This document shows, piece by piece, positions 25,511 to 36,900 of a DNA stretch of 64,000 nucleotides. Origin of the DNA: Trichoplax sp. H2 (Eukaryota); the NCBI GenBank assembly GCA_003344405.1, contig NOWV01000164.1, positions 62,001 through 126,000 of the forward strand, read 5' to 3'. The notes below the pieces were generated by a model. That model did no database searches. It saw nothing but the letters and a program-made list of their open reading frames with translations, and was not told the DNA's origin. Both the position numbers and the translations under genes were made by a program. Within the stretch, counting starts at the first letter, position 1; every line of letters starts with the position of its first letter.

Positions 25511-27559
25511 CTACAATGGTTCAGTACCTAAAATATCGTCTAATTTCCAATCTTCTATTGTCGCAGGTGGAAAAGAATAAATACAGCTTGAGCACTTAAT
25601 ATATCTTTCTACAATCTGATTTGGACAAACGGTAACTCCATGGCATTCGGGACACTTAATATAATAATCACACTTAGCATCCTGCCAGCCGGAAATTTGA
25701 TTTTCGACTACATTCAGCAACGCACTTCTAAATTTGACATGAGGTTGATCTTCAAGGATTGATTTTAATGCTTTTGCTTTAAACCAATTGTGCCCATAGT
25801 CATGGTTATTATCGGATTGGTAATAGTACTGCAGACCAATGTAAGAATTATTCTTTACAATAATTATTGTATAATTTCTATGTCTTGGTAAAAATTTGGC
25901 ATAGTTTTGGTATATGACAACTTTCCATAGTAGCTGAATAGATGATAACAGCTTGTAAAAAATGCAATCAGTAATATAAGGTACTTTTTCTTGGCTGCAA
26001 CTCAAATATAGCCAGCTAGAATAAGACAATTCGCTAGAAGAATTTTTTGATTCTGACTTGTAGGATGACAGTAAATTAGGAATAAAGTAGTAATCATCAT
26101 GTTTAGCCGAAATTTCATCTGAAATTCCTCGAAACTGATAAATAATATTGCTTAGCTCCATGGCATGCAATACTTCGTTAATATCCGCGTTGCTCAGTTG
26201 ATATTCGCTTGCTGCATATTTAATTGAAGCTTTGGATACAATGCCAGCCTTACTTGCTAATTCATAATAGCTTCTATGCTCACCAGAATTCGGAAGAATT
26301 GCATTTTTATCCCCTAATGATAGAATTGCATCGAGGAATCTTATGAAAAAACTAAAATTGACTATTAGCGCGTCATGATAGTTCTTATTTGTAGGACAAA
26401 ATAGCAGATCACCTATGCTGTGTAAGTATTTGAATAAATTCCCAAATTTCATAACTCCAGAATTGTGAATATCAAACATTTCCGCCAAAGTCGCTTTGTG
26501 TTTAATAGGTTTGATTTGCACAGTGCCCATTTTTTTATCATCAATCTTTGACATACTGCGTAATACGGCTGATCCGATATCAATCAAACTAGTATTTGCG
26601 TTTGCATTTATCACAATGGAAGGTATTACTTGAATAAAACCTGCAAGAAGGGTGCATAACTCCTTTAAATTATGGTCATTGTGAAGCGGTAGCGAACCGT
26701 TGTCATCATTAGCACTTGGAGACCATTCCATTACTAATTTTGGACAAAACAAATTTGCTCTATAAGAAGATAATCTTCGGTCTAATATCTTTATAAATTT
26801 ATTCCGTCTTTCAAATTGCTCAATTTTATCTAGTTTATCGCCATGGTAGGTAGGAATTATTAGAATTAATGGTAAAGCAAATTTTTCACTTCGTCCGTCG
26901 AAATTAGCAGGAAAGCGCTTCAATTTATAAGTGGGTTCAATAACATTGATTAGCCAGTCCTGTATAGATGTAATATATCTACTACCAGGATCGTTTAGAT
27001 TGCTTTCAACCGCTTCACTTAGGTCGATATTGACATCAAATGTTATTATATAGATGTTAGAGTGGAACTTGAAAGGCTGATAATAAATCGCGTCATGGAA
27101 ATTCCATATTTTAGCATAAAAGCTAGTACCGTGTTCATTGGATCTAGTTTGTTGCAATAATTGACTTGAGTCTACCACCGTACTGCCATTCGAGTACCTG
27201 TTGCCGTTTGTTTTATTAGATCTATACGAAATATTTTTAACCGTTAATGGAGCACTGCTGGCATAGTGTGGTTGTAGATTTGCAGCATCATCTGTAGTTT
27301 TACTTTGTCTTATGAGCTTATTTACATCAACAATGGCGGGATCAGGATTGGCATTACTAGTATGGGCTCGCCCAGTTAGTAATTTGAATATATAAGATTT
27401 GCCTTGACATTTCGATCCAATTAACATTATGTTAACAAAACGGATACAACAGTCATTGTTCTCAAAATCATTTCCATGGGATGGCATAGTTATTTCTGGT
27501 AATTGGCGCAACCGTAGAAAGAATTTAAAAATAATAATTAGAAAAATTGAATTGCTCAT
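25511..27559 (-). CDS. Roc-COR (Roco-family) P-loop GTPase-like region with C-terminal CxxC...CxxC; probable exon 27495-25528
   Basis: 682-aa ORF: NIMLIGSKCQGKS (G1), KIWNFHD (degenerate G3 position), IYIITFD...IQDWL, PLILIIPTYHGDKL (G4-like), COR-like FKYLHSIGDLLF and YYFIPNLL, then CPECH...CSSC. Confidence 0.75.
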   Translation of the reverse strand: MSNSIFLIIIFKFFLRLRQLPEITMPSHGNDFENNDCCIRFVNIMLIGSKCQGKSYIFKLLTGRAHTSNANPDPAIVDVNKLIRQSKTTDDAANLQPHYASSAPLTVKNISYRSNKTNGNRYSNGSTVVDSSQLLQQTRSNEHGTSFYAKIWNFHDAIYYQPFKFHSNIYIITFDVNIDLSEAVESNLNDPGSRYITSIQDWLINVIEPTYKLKRFPANFDGRSEKFALPLILIIPTYHGDKLDKIEQFERRNKFIKILDRRLSSYRANLFCPKLVMEWSPSANDDNGSLPLHNDHNLKELCTLLAGFIQVIPSIVINANANTSLIDIGSAVLRSMSKIDDKKMGTVQIKPIKHKATLAEMFDIHNSGVMKFGNLFKYLHSIGDLLFCPTNKNYHDALIVNFSFFIRFLDAILSLGDKNAILPNSGEHRSYYELASKAGIVSKASIKYAASEYQLSNADINEVLHAMELSNIIYQFRGISDEISAKHDDYYFIPNLLSSYKSESKNSSSELSYSSWLYLSCSQEKVPYITDCIFYKLLSSIQLLWKVVIYQNYAKFLPRHRNYTIIIVKNNSYIGLQYYYQSDNNHDYGHNWFKAKALKSILEDQPHVKFRSALLNVVENQISGWQDAKCDYYIKCPECHGVTVCPNQIVERYIKCSSCIYSFPPATIEDWKLDDILGTEPL

Positions 27560-28955
27560 GATCTAAAATATCTTAGAGAACGTTCCAGATGTGATTATGA
27601 TAGCAATCTGATAAATTAGTGAATGGAATTTAAGAAGAATTAGCAATTACCAATTTAAAACATCTGACAATGGTGCTACAGTTTAATATAGTAGACATCG
27701 ATACAAAACTGCTTTAGAATATTATGCTATAATTGCTTGCTAATAAATTTATACCGTACAAAGCAGCAGTAGGAGTAAATTGCAGTGCCATTGATGTAAT
27801 ATTTGGGCACATAATTTGATAATTGAAACTGAGAAAATTACAGGACGATCTTCGGTGCTAAATAAAGGAATTACAACAGATTCTATCAAATGTACCGTAT
27901 TAATTCCATAATTGGAGTGTACACTACTGATACTTTAAAATTAAAACGTTTACTAGACAAATGGTTTATAAATGCAAACTACTAAATGTTCAACTCTACG
28001 ATCACTTCAAGCTTACCAGAAGGCTATAAGACTAATGCATAGACGATTCGATATTGTGGAAGTTATTTAAGCACATTCTTGCATCAGTATAATGGGATCT
28101 TGTATCATTTCTATTACTTATTTATTAACCAAGTTTTTACACGAAGTCTCTGAATCATATTACGGTAGTGAAAAACATCAAGGCATAAATTCTTATATTA
28201 ACTCTAACTCGAATTGAACATAACCTTCTTTGCCATTAAAATCTTACCGATTTCAATTTCCTTCTGTATGGAGCTATTCTTATTCCTCTCTACCAAATCT
28301 AGCCAAATACAAATTTTACAATATTAGCAGATCAATCGGGAAATTTTTTTAGATATCAATAGATTCCTCTTAGCAATTAAGCATAATAAGAATTTACTTA
28401 ACTTTTTAATTGGAAGTTATGCTAATAAATAGATCATATGATAGTAAATTTAGTTTGATCTTTCGGCTTAATTTGCAAATTAGCTTATCGTAATTATAAT
28501 CCTGAAATCGATCGTATAGTAATAGATGAATGACTAAAGGCATCTCTATCTTCAATGATCTATCTACGATTTAACAGAACCTGAGACGTGATAGACCTTG
28601 GTGTTGTTGAATGAATTAGATATTAAGTAATAAAATAAAATTTTTCCAAGTGATTCTAGTGTTGCTTTAATACCTTGAAGGAAATCTATCGCACCTTTAT
28701 AATATCAATTGAAAGTATACTAATATTACTTCTATGTTTCATCTAATTAAGTATGGTGATACTAATTTTACTTAATTTAGTGGTATAGTTGCATTTCAGA
28801 AGCATTCTGACATGGTATCAATCAAATGCTTACTCAGGTGTATTTTATACCACCGGGGTAAATTTTTCATGTAAATTAACTGACTTTACCAACTACCATT
28901 AACCATTTAGTCTAGCAATAATCTGTATTTCTGTGATCAATTAAAGACGATTACA

Positions 28956-30908
28956 TTAAACAGTAATCTTTATTCCAGTACCTGGTGATGAAAGTATTAA
29001 CTCGGGTGGACTTTTGTGATAATTTGTGCCAATTTTAGTCCTGAAGAAATGTTTCAATGTGCTGTAAACTTTTTCTTCTAACTTTTTTAAATCTCCATTA
29101 TTTTTTGTATTTGGAGTATCATTTTCTTTTATTGCTTTCTCATAATTCCATAATGCACGGACATAGTCCGTGGGTAGCTCATGGATTTCATTGATAAGAA
29201 TATAAATTTTAGCTTTATTGGCGGGTGTTTTTGTTGCATTCAAATACTTTAAGTAGAATTGTTTAGCTTCACGATAACGCTTTAGTAGTTCTAAGATTGA
29301 CCCAAAATCTTTAAGTAGACCAAAATTAATGATACTTTCATGCATAATCAGGTTTTCGATTATTTCTTTAGCTTTATAATAATAATTATAAGCATTTTGA
29401 AAATCCTTGAGTAAAAGGTAAATTTTTCCAATTTCATAGTTTGACTTAAAATGGCCTAAACTTATTTTATATTTTTGTTTCTGCCGAATATTCAGTGACT
29501 TGATATGCAGCCTTAATGCTTCATTAAAGTTTTGGCAATGCTTATTTAGGTTTCCTTCTTGGTAGTACCTTTCAATATTGACCTTTTCATCATCTAAGAA
29601 TTTTTTTCTAATTGCTGTAGATGCCCCTAGTTGTTGTCTAGCTGCCTCAAAATTGCCCTGTAACATATATGCTTCTGCAATGCTATCGAAAATTTCTGTA
29701 ATTAGCCTATTTTTATCACTGAAATCACCATGTAAAATTTCTTTTGCTTTATTATAATAATTTAATGCGATATCCATTTCATTCCTGGTAAAATGGAATT
29801 TTCCAATCCCGAGCAAAGATTTACTCTGTTCGATCGCATGCTTATAGCTAGATTTTTCTCGAGAGAAACTTTTTCTAGCTTCATCATAGTAATATCGAGA
29901 GGAATCATATGTACATTTCTTAAAACATATTTCTCCCAAAATGTTGTTTAACTTCACCTTCGATATTTTGCTGCTTGTATTTGTTATATTCTTGAAATAC
30001 AACAATTTTTTATAGTAGTCTTTAGCGTTATCTAAACGATCAGATTCAAAATAAACTTTAGATAAGTATTCAATTGAAGCAACTCTACGCCAGTTGTTGG
30101 AATGAAACAATTTACGTTTCAAATGTTCGGACTTTGAATAATATTTTATTGCTTGCACGTAATCACTCCATAAATAAAAGATAGTACCAATCGTGTCGTT
30201 TAGCAACGTCGTTTTTTCAGTATTACTGGTATTTATATGTTTCTTTTCAGAATACTCTAGCGTTTCTATAACGGCATTTAATGCAGCTTTGTATTGCTTT
30301 TGTCCATCACCGAGTAGCCTGTAACACTCAGAACTTAATAAAGGTCTATCCTTACTATCCCAATAGCTTTTTAGTTGAACTTTTAACGAATTTATGAGAG
30401 CGCTTTCGGCTTCATCCAGTTTATGCTGCCTAATGTATAAGTCAGCCATATCGTTCAGGATTTTACCCTTCAATAGACTTGAGTTTGCTTGATCTAGGGA
30501 TTTCATTGCCTTTTCGAAATTGAACAAACTTTCTTCATACTGTTCTTGCTCCATGAAAATTTTGCCCAGTATATGGTGAGATTCAGCAATTTGTTCGATT
30601 ATGTCTCTTTCTGTAGCTTTTAATAGAGCTCTATTACAATATTGTATAGCTCCTTCAAAATTGAGCTGCTGATATTTAGACTTTGCCAGGCCCATATATA
30701 TCTTCCATTTGTTGAGGATAAATTCGTTATCATCGCCCTCATTGGAAGACTTATTAATAATTTTGTACGCCTCTGTATATTTAGAGAAAGCTTCAGTATA
30801 CTTCCCTTGATCGAAAAAAGTATTTCCTTCCAGAAGGAAAGATTTCCAGTCTCTATCATGCGGTGTGTAAGTATTCTCTACAACGGATTTATTTTGCAAG
30901 AATTCCAT
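28956..30908 (-). CDS. Tetratricopeptide-repeat array (single ~1.9 kb exon); probably the N-terminus of a TPR-Roco protein
   Basis: 650-aa ORF with repeated TPR helices (GNTFFDQGKYTEAFSKYTEA, LGKIFMEQEQYEESLFNFEKA, IGKIYLLLKDFQNAYNYYYKA). Splice donor CCAG|GTACTG at 28982/28981, just before the ORF stop. Confidence 0.85.
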   Translation of the reverse strand: MEFLQNKSVVENTYTPHDRDWKSFLLEGNTFFDQGKYTEAFSKYTEAYKIINKSSNEGDDNEFILNKWKIYMGLAKSKYQQLNFEGAIQYCNRALLKATERDIIEQIAESHHILGKIFMEQEQYEESLFNFEKAMKSLDQANSSLLKGKILNDMADLYIRQHKLDEAESALINSLKVQLKSYWDSKDRPLLSSECYRLLGDGQKQYKAALNAVIETLEYSEKKHINTSNTEKTTLLNDTIGTIFYLWSDYVQAIKYYSKSEHLKRKLFHSNNWRRVASIEYLSKVYFESDRLDNAKDYYKKLLYFKNITNTSSKISKVKLNNILGEICFKKCTYDSSRYYYDEARKSFSREKSSYKHAIEQSKSLLGIGKFHFTRNEMDIALNYYNKAKEILHGDFSDKNRLITEIFDSIAEAYMLQGNFEAARQQLGASTAIRKKFLDDEKVNIERYYQEGNLNKHCQNFNEALRLHIKSLNIRQKQKYKISLGHFKSNYEIGKIYLLLKDFQNAYNYYYKAKEIIENLIMHESIINFGLLKDFGSILELLKRYREAKQFYLKYLNATKTPANKAKIYILINEIHELPTDYVRALWNYEKAIKENDTPNTKNNGDLKKLEEKVYSTLKHFFRTKIGTNYHKSPPELILSSPGTGIKITV

Positions 30909-33900
30909 TTCAATAATGATATTATTAGCAATTTGCTAAATGGTCGGTCGTAGATAACAAATAGTTTCGGCAAGTTTGCTTCACACAATATTAGTGACCT
31001 TGCTTATATAGATTTTGAATGATCTTCAATATTGACTTTTAATTAATATTACGCTATTGAAATGGCAATGTACTCAATTAACTGTTGAGATTCAAAATTA
31101 TTTCAATAGAATAGATAAGCATTAGTAGCTTAGCAACGCAACCTTAGGCTTCCTGCTATTCGCCTTATAACCGATAGAAAGTATTATTTACATGAATTAT
31201 CATCCTAAAACTTCTCCGCTTTTATTTACATTAATAATTCAATAGACCAAGCACACCAATTTGTTTAATTATTTACATTATTTACAAGCACTCTATGCGA
31301 CAGTATCGATTCTTGTAACCACTAGTACACGCCTACCCGTTTCCGCTTTATTGTAGCTGCATCAAACCTTTCGCAAATCATGATTTCATAAAGGCTGTTG
31401 ATGATATTATCAAATGTTGTAATGACTGCTACCTTTTCAACTGTCTATTTCTTTTAAAAAATTTTAATCAAAAAGTTACGATTAGAGTATCACCAAATAT
31501 CGCAACTAGCTCGGCAGGTCTAGATATTTGCTGATCCTTACACGTTATAGGCAAATTTCGAAGTAGACGTGGAATAAGGAATCTTACAAGAAGAAACGGC
31601 CTGTGTATCAAGGATTGTTAAGGAAGAGCGTATAATAAATACGTGGATAAACATATTTAAAAAGTACACAATACAGGAGTAACTCGTTTTGGAGAAAAAC
31701 CTGTAATAAAGGTTGATTTTTAGAATTCTCTTTCAAGTTTTCATTTTTTAAAACGCATTACACGTAGCTTTTAAAAGTAGTTTAATTTGGTTTAATTATA
31801 TTAGAACTTTTCTTAGTGTCCTAGCATATTGTATATTCGACTATTTAATGTAGGTTAAAATTTGGCAACATTTTGTAACATAATTTTGTTAAGAATTATA
31901 CAAGTGAGATTATAAAAGAAGTAGTATATTTAGCTAGTATAGTATTCATGCTGTAATTCTGATAAACTGGCAACTCATTTTGGATATAAAACGCTTAGAA
32001 GTTACGTTCCTTGTGATAAATTACTGTGTGAATCCGATAGTTTTGGTCTAGGTTCTAATTTAAGCATGTTGGTCTGTCTTAGTGTTTTTTATAGTTGTAT
32101 GCCATACTGTATACCGTAGAAGCATACAATTTGTAGTAAAGCTATGATCATTATTAAATGTGTAATATTGGGCAGGGGAGGGAAGGAATTCAGGAATCCA
32201 GGGCATAATTTATGTAATCAAATGTGCTTAATTGCTAATTTTTCAGAATACCATAGGTGATAATTTGATAGTCTGGTACCAGCAACTGTTCTATACAGTA
32301 CGTAAAAGGTGGCACACGTTAGTTTAGTAATTAAGTGAAATCTAGAAAGTGGAGTAGGCGATCAAGATTAAGATTTTCCTGAAATGTTAATCTTTTAAAG
32401 AAATTTCGTGAAAAATGTTATCACAAATAATAAACTGATGCTTTTCCGAACTATGATTTGTGTTGTGCTTTAAAAGCTATTAGTTTCTAATAGTTTTTTA
32501 AGTCCATCATTATAGCGAATCCATATTCTAGGCCCACCTTCTAAGTACTACTGCTGTTTTCCATAGGTTATTTGAAACGAATAAACTCTTTTTATCTTTT
32601 ACATTTGGAGTCAACTTATGGAAAGATTGTCGTTAGTGTTATGACAGGAGTGTTGACAGTCAGTGACCTCACTTTCCACTGATGAATTCTAATACAGTTT
32701 GGCCCATTACCATTGCAGAGTATCGATATTGGCAAGGTTTATGTTTAACTACTGTTGAAGGCAGTTTCGGTGTTACATTTGTGTTTGTAATATCTCGGTG
32801 ACATCATGGGTGAATTACTGAAACTTGAGGTTGCTAGCACTTATGCCAGCCAGATGATCCAGTTTATGCCCTAAATTACCTTTCAGATATTTTTATATTT
32901 TACCGGCATGAAAGCGGTGTTGAAGGTATTTTCGCGTGCATTATTCTGAATTCCAATGAATTTTACCTTTTTATATCAACTGAAGTTTCAAGAAAGATTC
33001 TATAACGGGTAATAAATTACTTTACATGGAGTATTACCGTAATTAATCTATATTATAATCTTGTTTTAGCTGATTAACTTCTGAAAGATGTACTCTTTAA
33101 CGATTGTAAAATCATCCTTATCTATAGTAATAATTTGTATGAATTTTATACGTATTAGAAATAACTTTAAATGGGTTCATTTGAGATGTTAAGACTCCTT
33201 ATAATCACTATGTATCAAGTTTCATATTACTTTAATACTGAACAAAGCTTATGCTTGTTTAAAACTAAAACATATTCCTGTATAACACGTTTTGACTTCG
33301 ATGAATTTGTAAATATTGAAACGTGTATAAATTGTCATTTATTTAATATTTGAATTTCCTTATTTATTTTTTATCTTACGGTGTGAAATAAAGTAATATT
33401 TAAATCTAAATCTAAAAAGCATAAAGACTTTTCTCTGATTTCACAATAGTATTAACATAATTATATTGGCACCTCTGTTAATTAAATTTTATTTATTGCT
33501 AGTCATTATTATTGCATTTAGCAATTATCAACTTTCAAAACTACCAACCGATTTTCTTGTCGAAGTTTACTGGATTTAAATAGATATCGTCCATGCTTTG
33601 AGATAAATCTAGTAACTTCAGCATGATTAACATGATGAAAGTGTAATAATTATAATTGATATTTCAGCAAATACTCATTCATAAAACGTTATAATACTGA
33701 TTTGCTATACAATTTTTGATATATAATGCTGTAACCACTTATTAATGCTTATAGCACTCTGTTATGGAGCCATGCTCCGAAATATTAATTGCTAAGTTAA
33801 TTAAAATATCTCATTTAAATTATTGTTTGCTCCAGTAGCTAATTAGATACTGTATTAATGTTTATTCATAAGTACTTGTTCAATATTGTTGACATCTCGG

Positions 33901-36900
33901 AGCTAACACGTTTAGTCTGTAAACGTTAATTAATAACACCTTAATAGTAAGATCAATTACTTTGCAGAGCCTTGAGGCTCTAGTTGCTATACTAGGATAT
34001 GTATACTGTACAGTGTAAGCCGCTATTTCAAGAATATTCTCAAGTGTACCATCGGCGAGACTATAAAAAGCGGAGCACTAGCTTAGCTTCTCAGTTCCAG
34101 TTAGTCATTTGCAGGATCTTGTGACTATTATTGCTAAGAATATTCTTACGTTTTTCTTTAGTACATTTTACGACTAAGATTAACGAAAATAAAGTAAAGT
34201 ATTTAAACCTATTACTCATTAGTAGCTTATTTGTGTAGCTGAGAGTTAGTTCAACTACGATAGGTCCCTAACTTAGTTGGGAACACGAGTACTAGTGAAG
34301 ATGGTGTTTAAGACCCGGCTTCTTGTTACAAAGGAAATTTGTAACAAGGATATCATGCACAGAATTTCGTTAGAATTAATGATTCCGCAATAATCATTTT
34401 TTGCATAAGTAAATAATTGGTAAGCCCATTAACAGCTTATAGGAGTTTATTTAGAACTCAAAGAAGGCACTTCAAAATAATTTTATACACGTTTAAATAT
34501 TCGTTTAGCGTTGCCATCTCATCACTTTTACTGGCTATAATAGCAGACTCAACTTACGTTTGGTATATATATTTTAAATATTTTCCATCTCATCTTTCGA
34601 TTAGTACCTAATCAAGCGAAGTACAAAGTAATTACAAAGACTAAAATCTGTCACGTCAAAAGCTATATAAAACTTTTGGGATATTTATGGTTGATATGCT
34701 GTATATCGGTAGTGGTATTTAGTAATTGGTCTAAATTGATAACAATTTTCAATACTTTATATGACGATTATAACATTGATTTACGGCCATTGACAAAATG
34801 TTGAATACTTGCTAAACTTACCGCAATTTTATTTTGATAAATTACTTTAAGCATATGATATTATATAAGATATCAAATTACTATATTATCGTACAAACAT
34901 GTATATCTACAGAGTGCTTCAAGTTATATTCAGCCTCAAATCAGAAAATTTTAATATTTCAGGTTGAAAAAAATACTATTATTACATTTATGTGGGCTTA
35001 ATATAATAATAGGTTGTTTTAATGTCCAATTAATTCTACTCAATTACAACTTGCTAATTCTATGCATCATACGAATAGTAAAGTTTTCGAAAAATTTATT
35101 ATATTTTTTTTAACTAGATATTTCAAAGCTTGAAACATATATTACATGATTGCAGATTGCATATTCCCACAATATATTTAATACTCGTATAATGAAATAG
35201 TTAAGTGATGATATATAAAGATACTAACATGCAATTTCAATCTCTTGTAAAAGCGATTCTTGCCCTATATATAACATCATAGCTACCGCTGTATTTACCT
35301 TTAATAATTACAGTTTGGTAATAAGAATAGCTACCACAAAGCAATAAAAATTTGTAATCTAGGATATCATTACTGTAGAGTTGGATACTTTAAACAGTAT
35401 TTTTGCTCCAATGTAACACCCCCTAGCATTTATAATGTCATAATTATGGTAGAACTAAAACTTACAGGAGTATTGGTGAGCTAGAAAATATATGAAATTT
35501 AGAACGGAATAAACAAAGCTAAAATCTTTTAAGACATCTTTTTGATATTTAAATGATAACTCTGGTTAAAGTTTACATATACTTAGTAATCAAATTGCTA
35601 CTCAAAATTAATAAACTACAATAGAAAGCTATTTGCACTAGAACAATAAATCACTACTGAGTCTTGCCTAGCTACGACGTAAGTTATTATCCTAGTCCAA
35701 CAAGAAATTGAAAAAAGTCGACTTAAAGGATAGAATTTGATAAGAAAATATTATAACATTCCTATTCTCAATAAATTCCACATTGCAATGTATATCTATA
35801 TGGTTGTTTATAAAATGGATAAAAGACTACCACTAACGCAGTTGTTAGAATTAACTAATAGTCTTCTCTTATAATGTTTTAAGATGATGATTTGGTTGGT
35901 AAAACTTCGATTCCATAGTTATCTATATTCCTAACTAATAATTCGATGTTTGTATCCAAGTCAAAAATTAAAATATTAAGGCAATGTAATTACAAGTAGA
36001 TGAAGGCTGAACAATAAACTGTAGAAGACTGAATATCTCCATGTAACGAACGTAAACTCAAAGTACGTAAAAATTCACTGACAGAATCAAATCTTATAGC
36101 CAAAAATATTATCAGTCATCACATATAATGCATACAGCATAATAATTATAATTATCGATAATGATACCAATTACATCTTAATAAAACAAATTAAGTTAAA
36201 ACTTAATCAAAATGTGTCAAAACTTATGGTGTAAAGATTTTGATTCACCTTTATTAGTCAAGGTTCGAGAATTATAATTTACGTATGATATGACGAAATT
36301 CATGATATAAAGATTTTGATTTAATTTCATTATTCAAGGTTCGAAAATTATAATTCATGATGCTTAATTCTTCACTCTTTTTGATAATAGCCATTTGGTA
36401 AGTAATAAAATATTACATAGTTTTAGAGTAGTTACAGTATATTATAGCATGCTACCAATACTGTATATACTGATCTATGATACGAGGACGTTGCTCTAAC
36501 CGTACTTTAAATTTCAATGCAGCACCCTAACAGAAAAATTATACTAAATTACATGCTATAATATATTTTTATTGATCGATGTAGCTATATATGAGTATAA
36601 ATTACTAAAGTTAATTTTGTAAAACTAATGGGACACATAACTATCTGATTCCGTATAACAAATACTGTAAGCAATAAAATGAATGCAAGAGTTAATTATA
36701 TTACTATTGTTGCGATGATGTAACTGCCAATGAAAAGCAGATTATTATTTCTATAACGATATTTGCTCATGAAGATATCCATTTCATAATTACAGTTTTA
36801 TATTGGCACTTTTTAGTCGTACCACTAATGACACAGAATAGTGTAATCGTAGCAATAATTTCAGGGTGCTGCTATAATTATAATTTCTCTAATAAAACAC

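Noticed and set aside
30620-30953. Overlapping 79-aa and 103-aa ORFs
   Set aside because: Alternative-frame and antisense shadows of the TPR exon.
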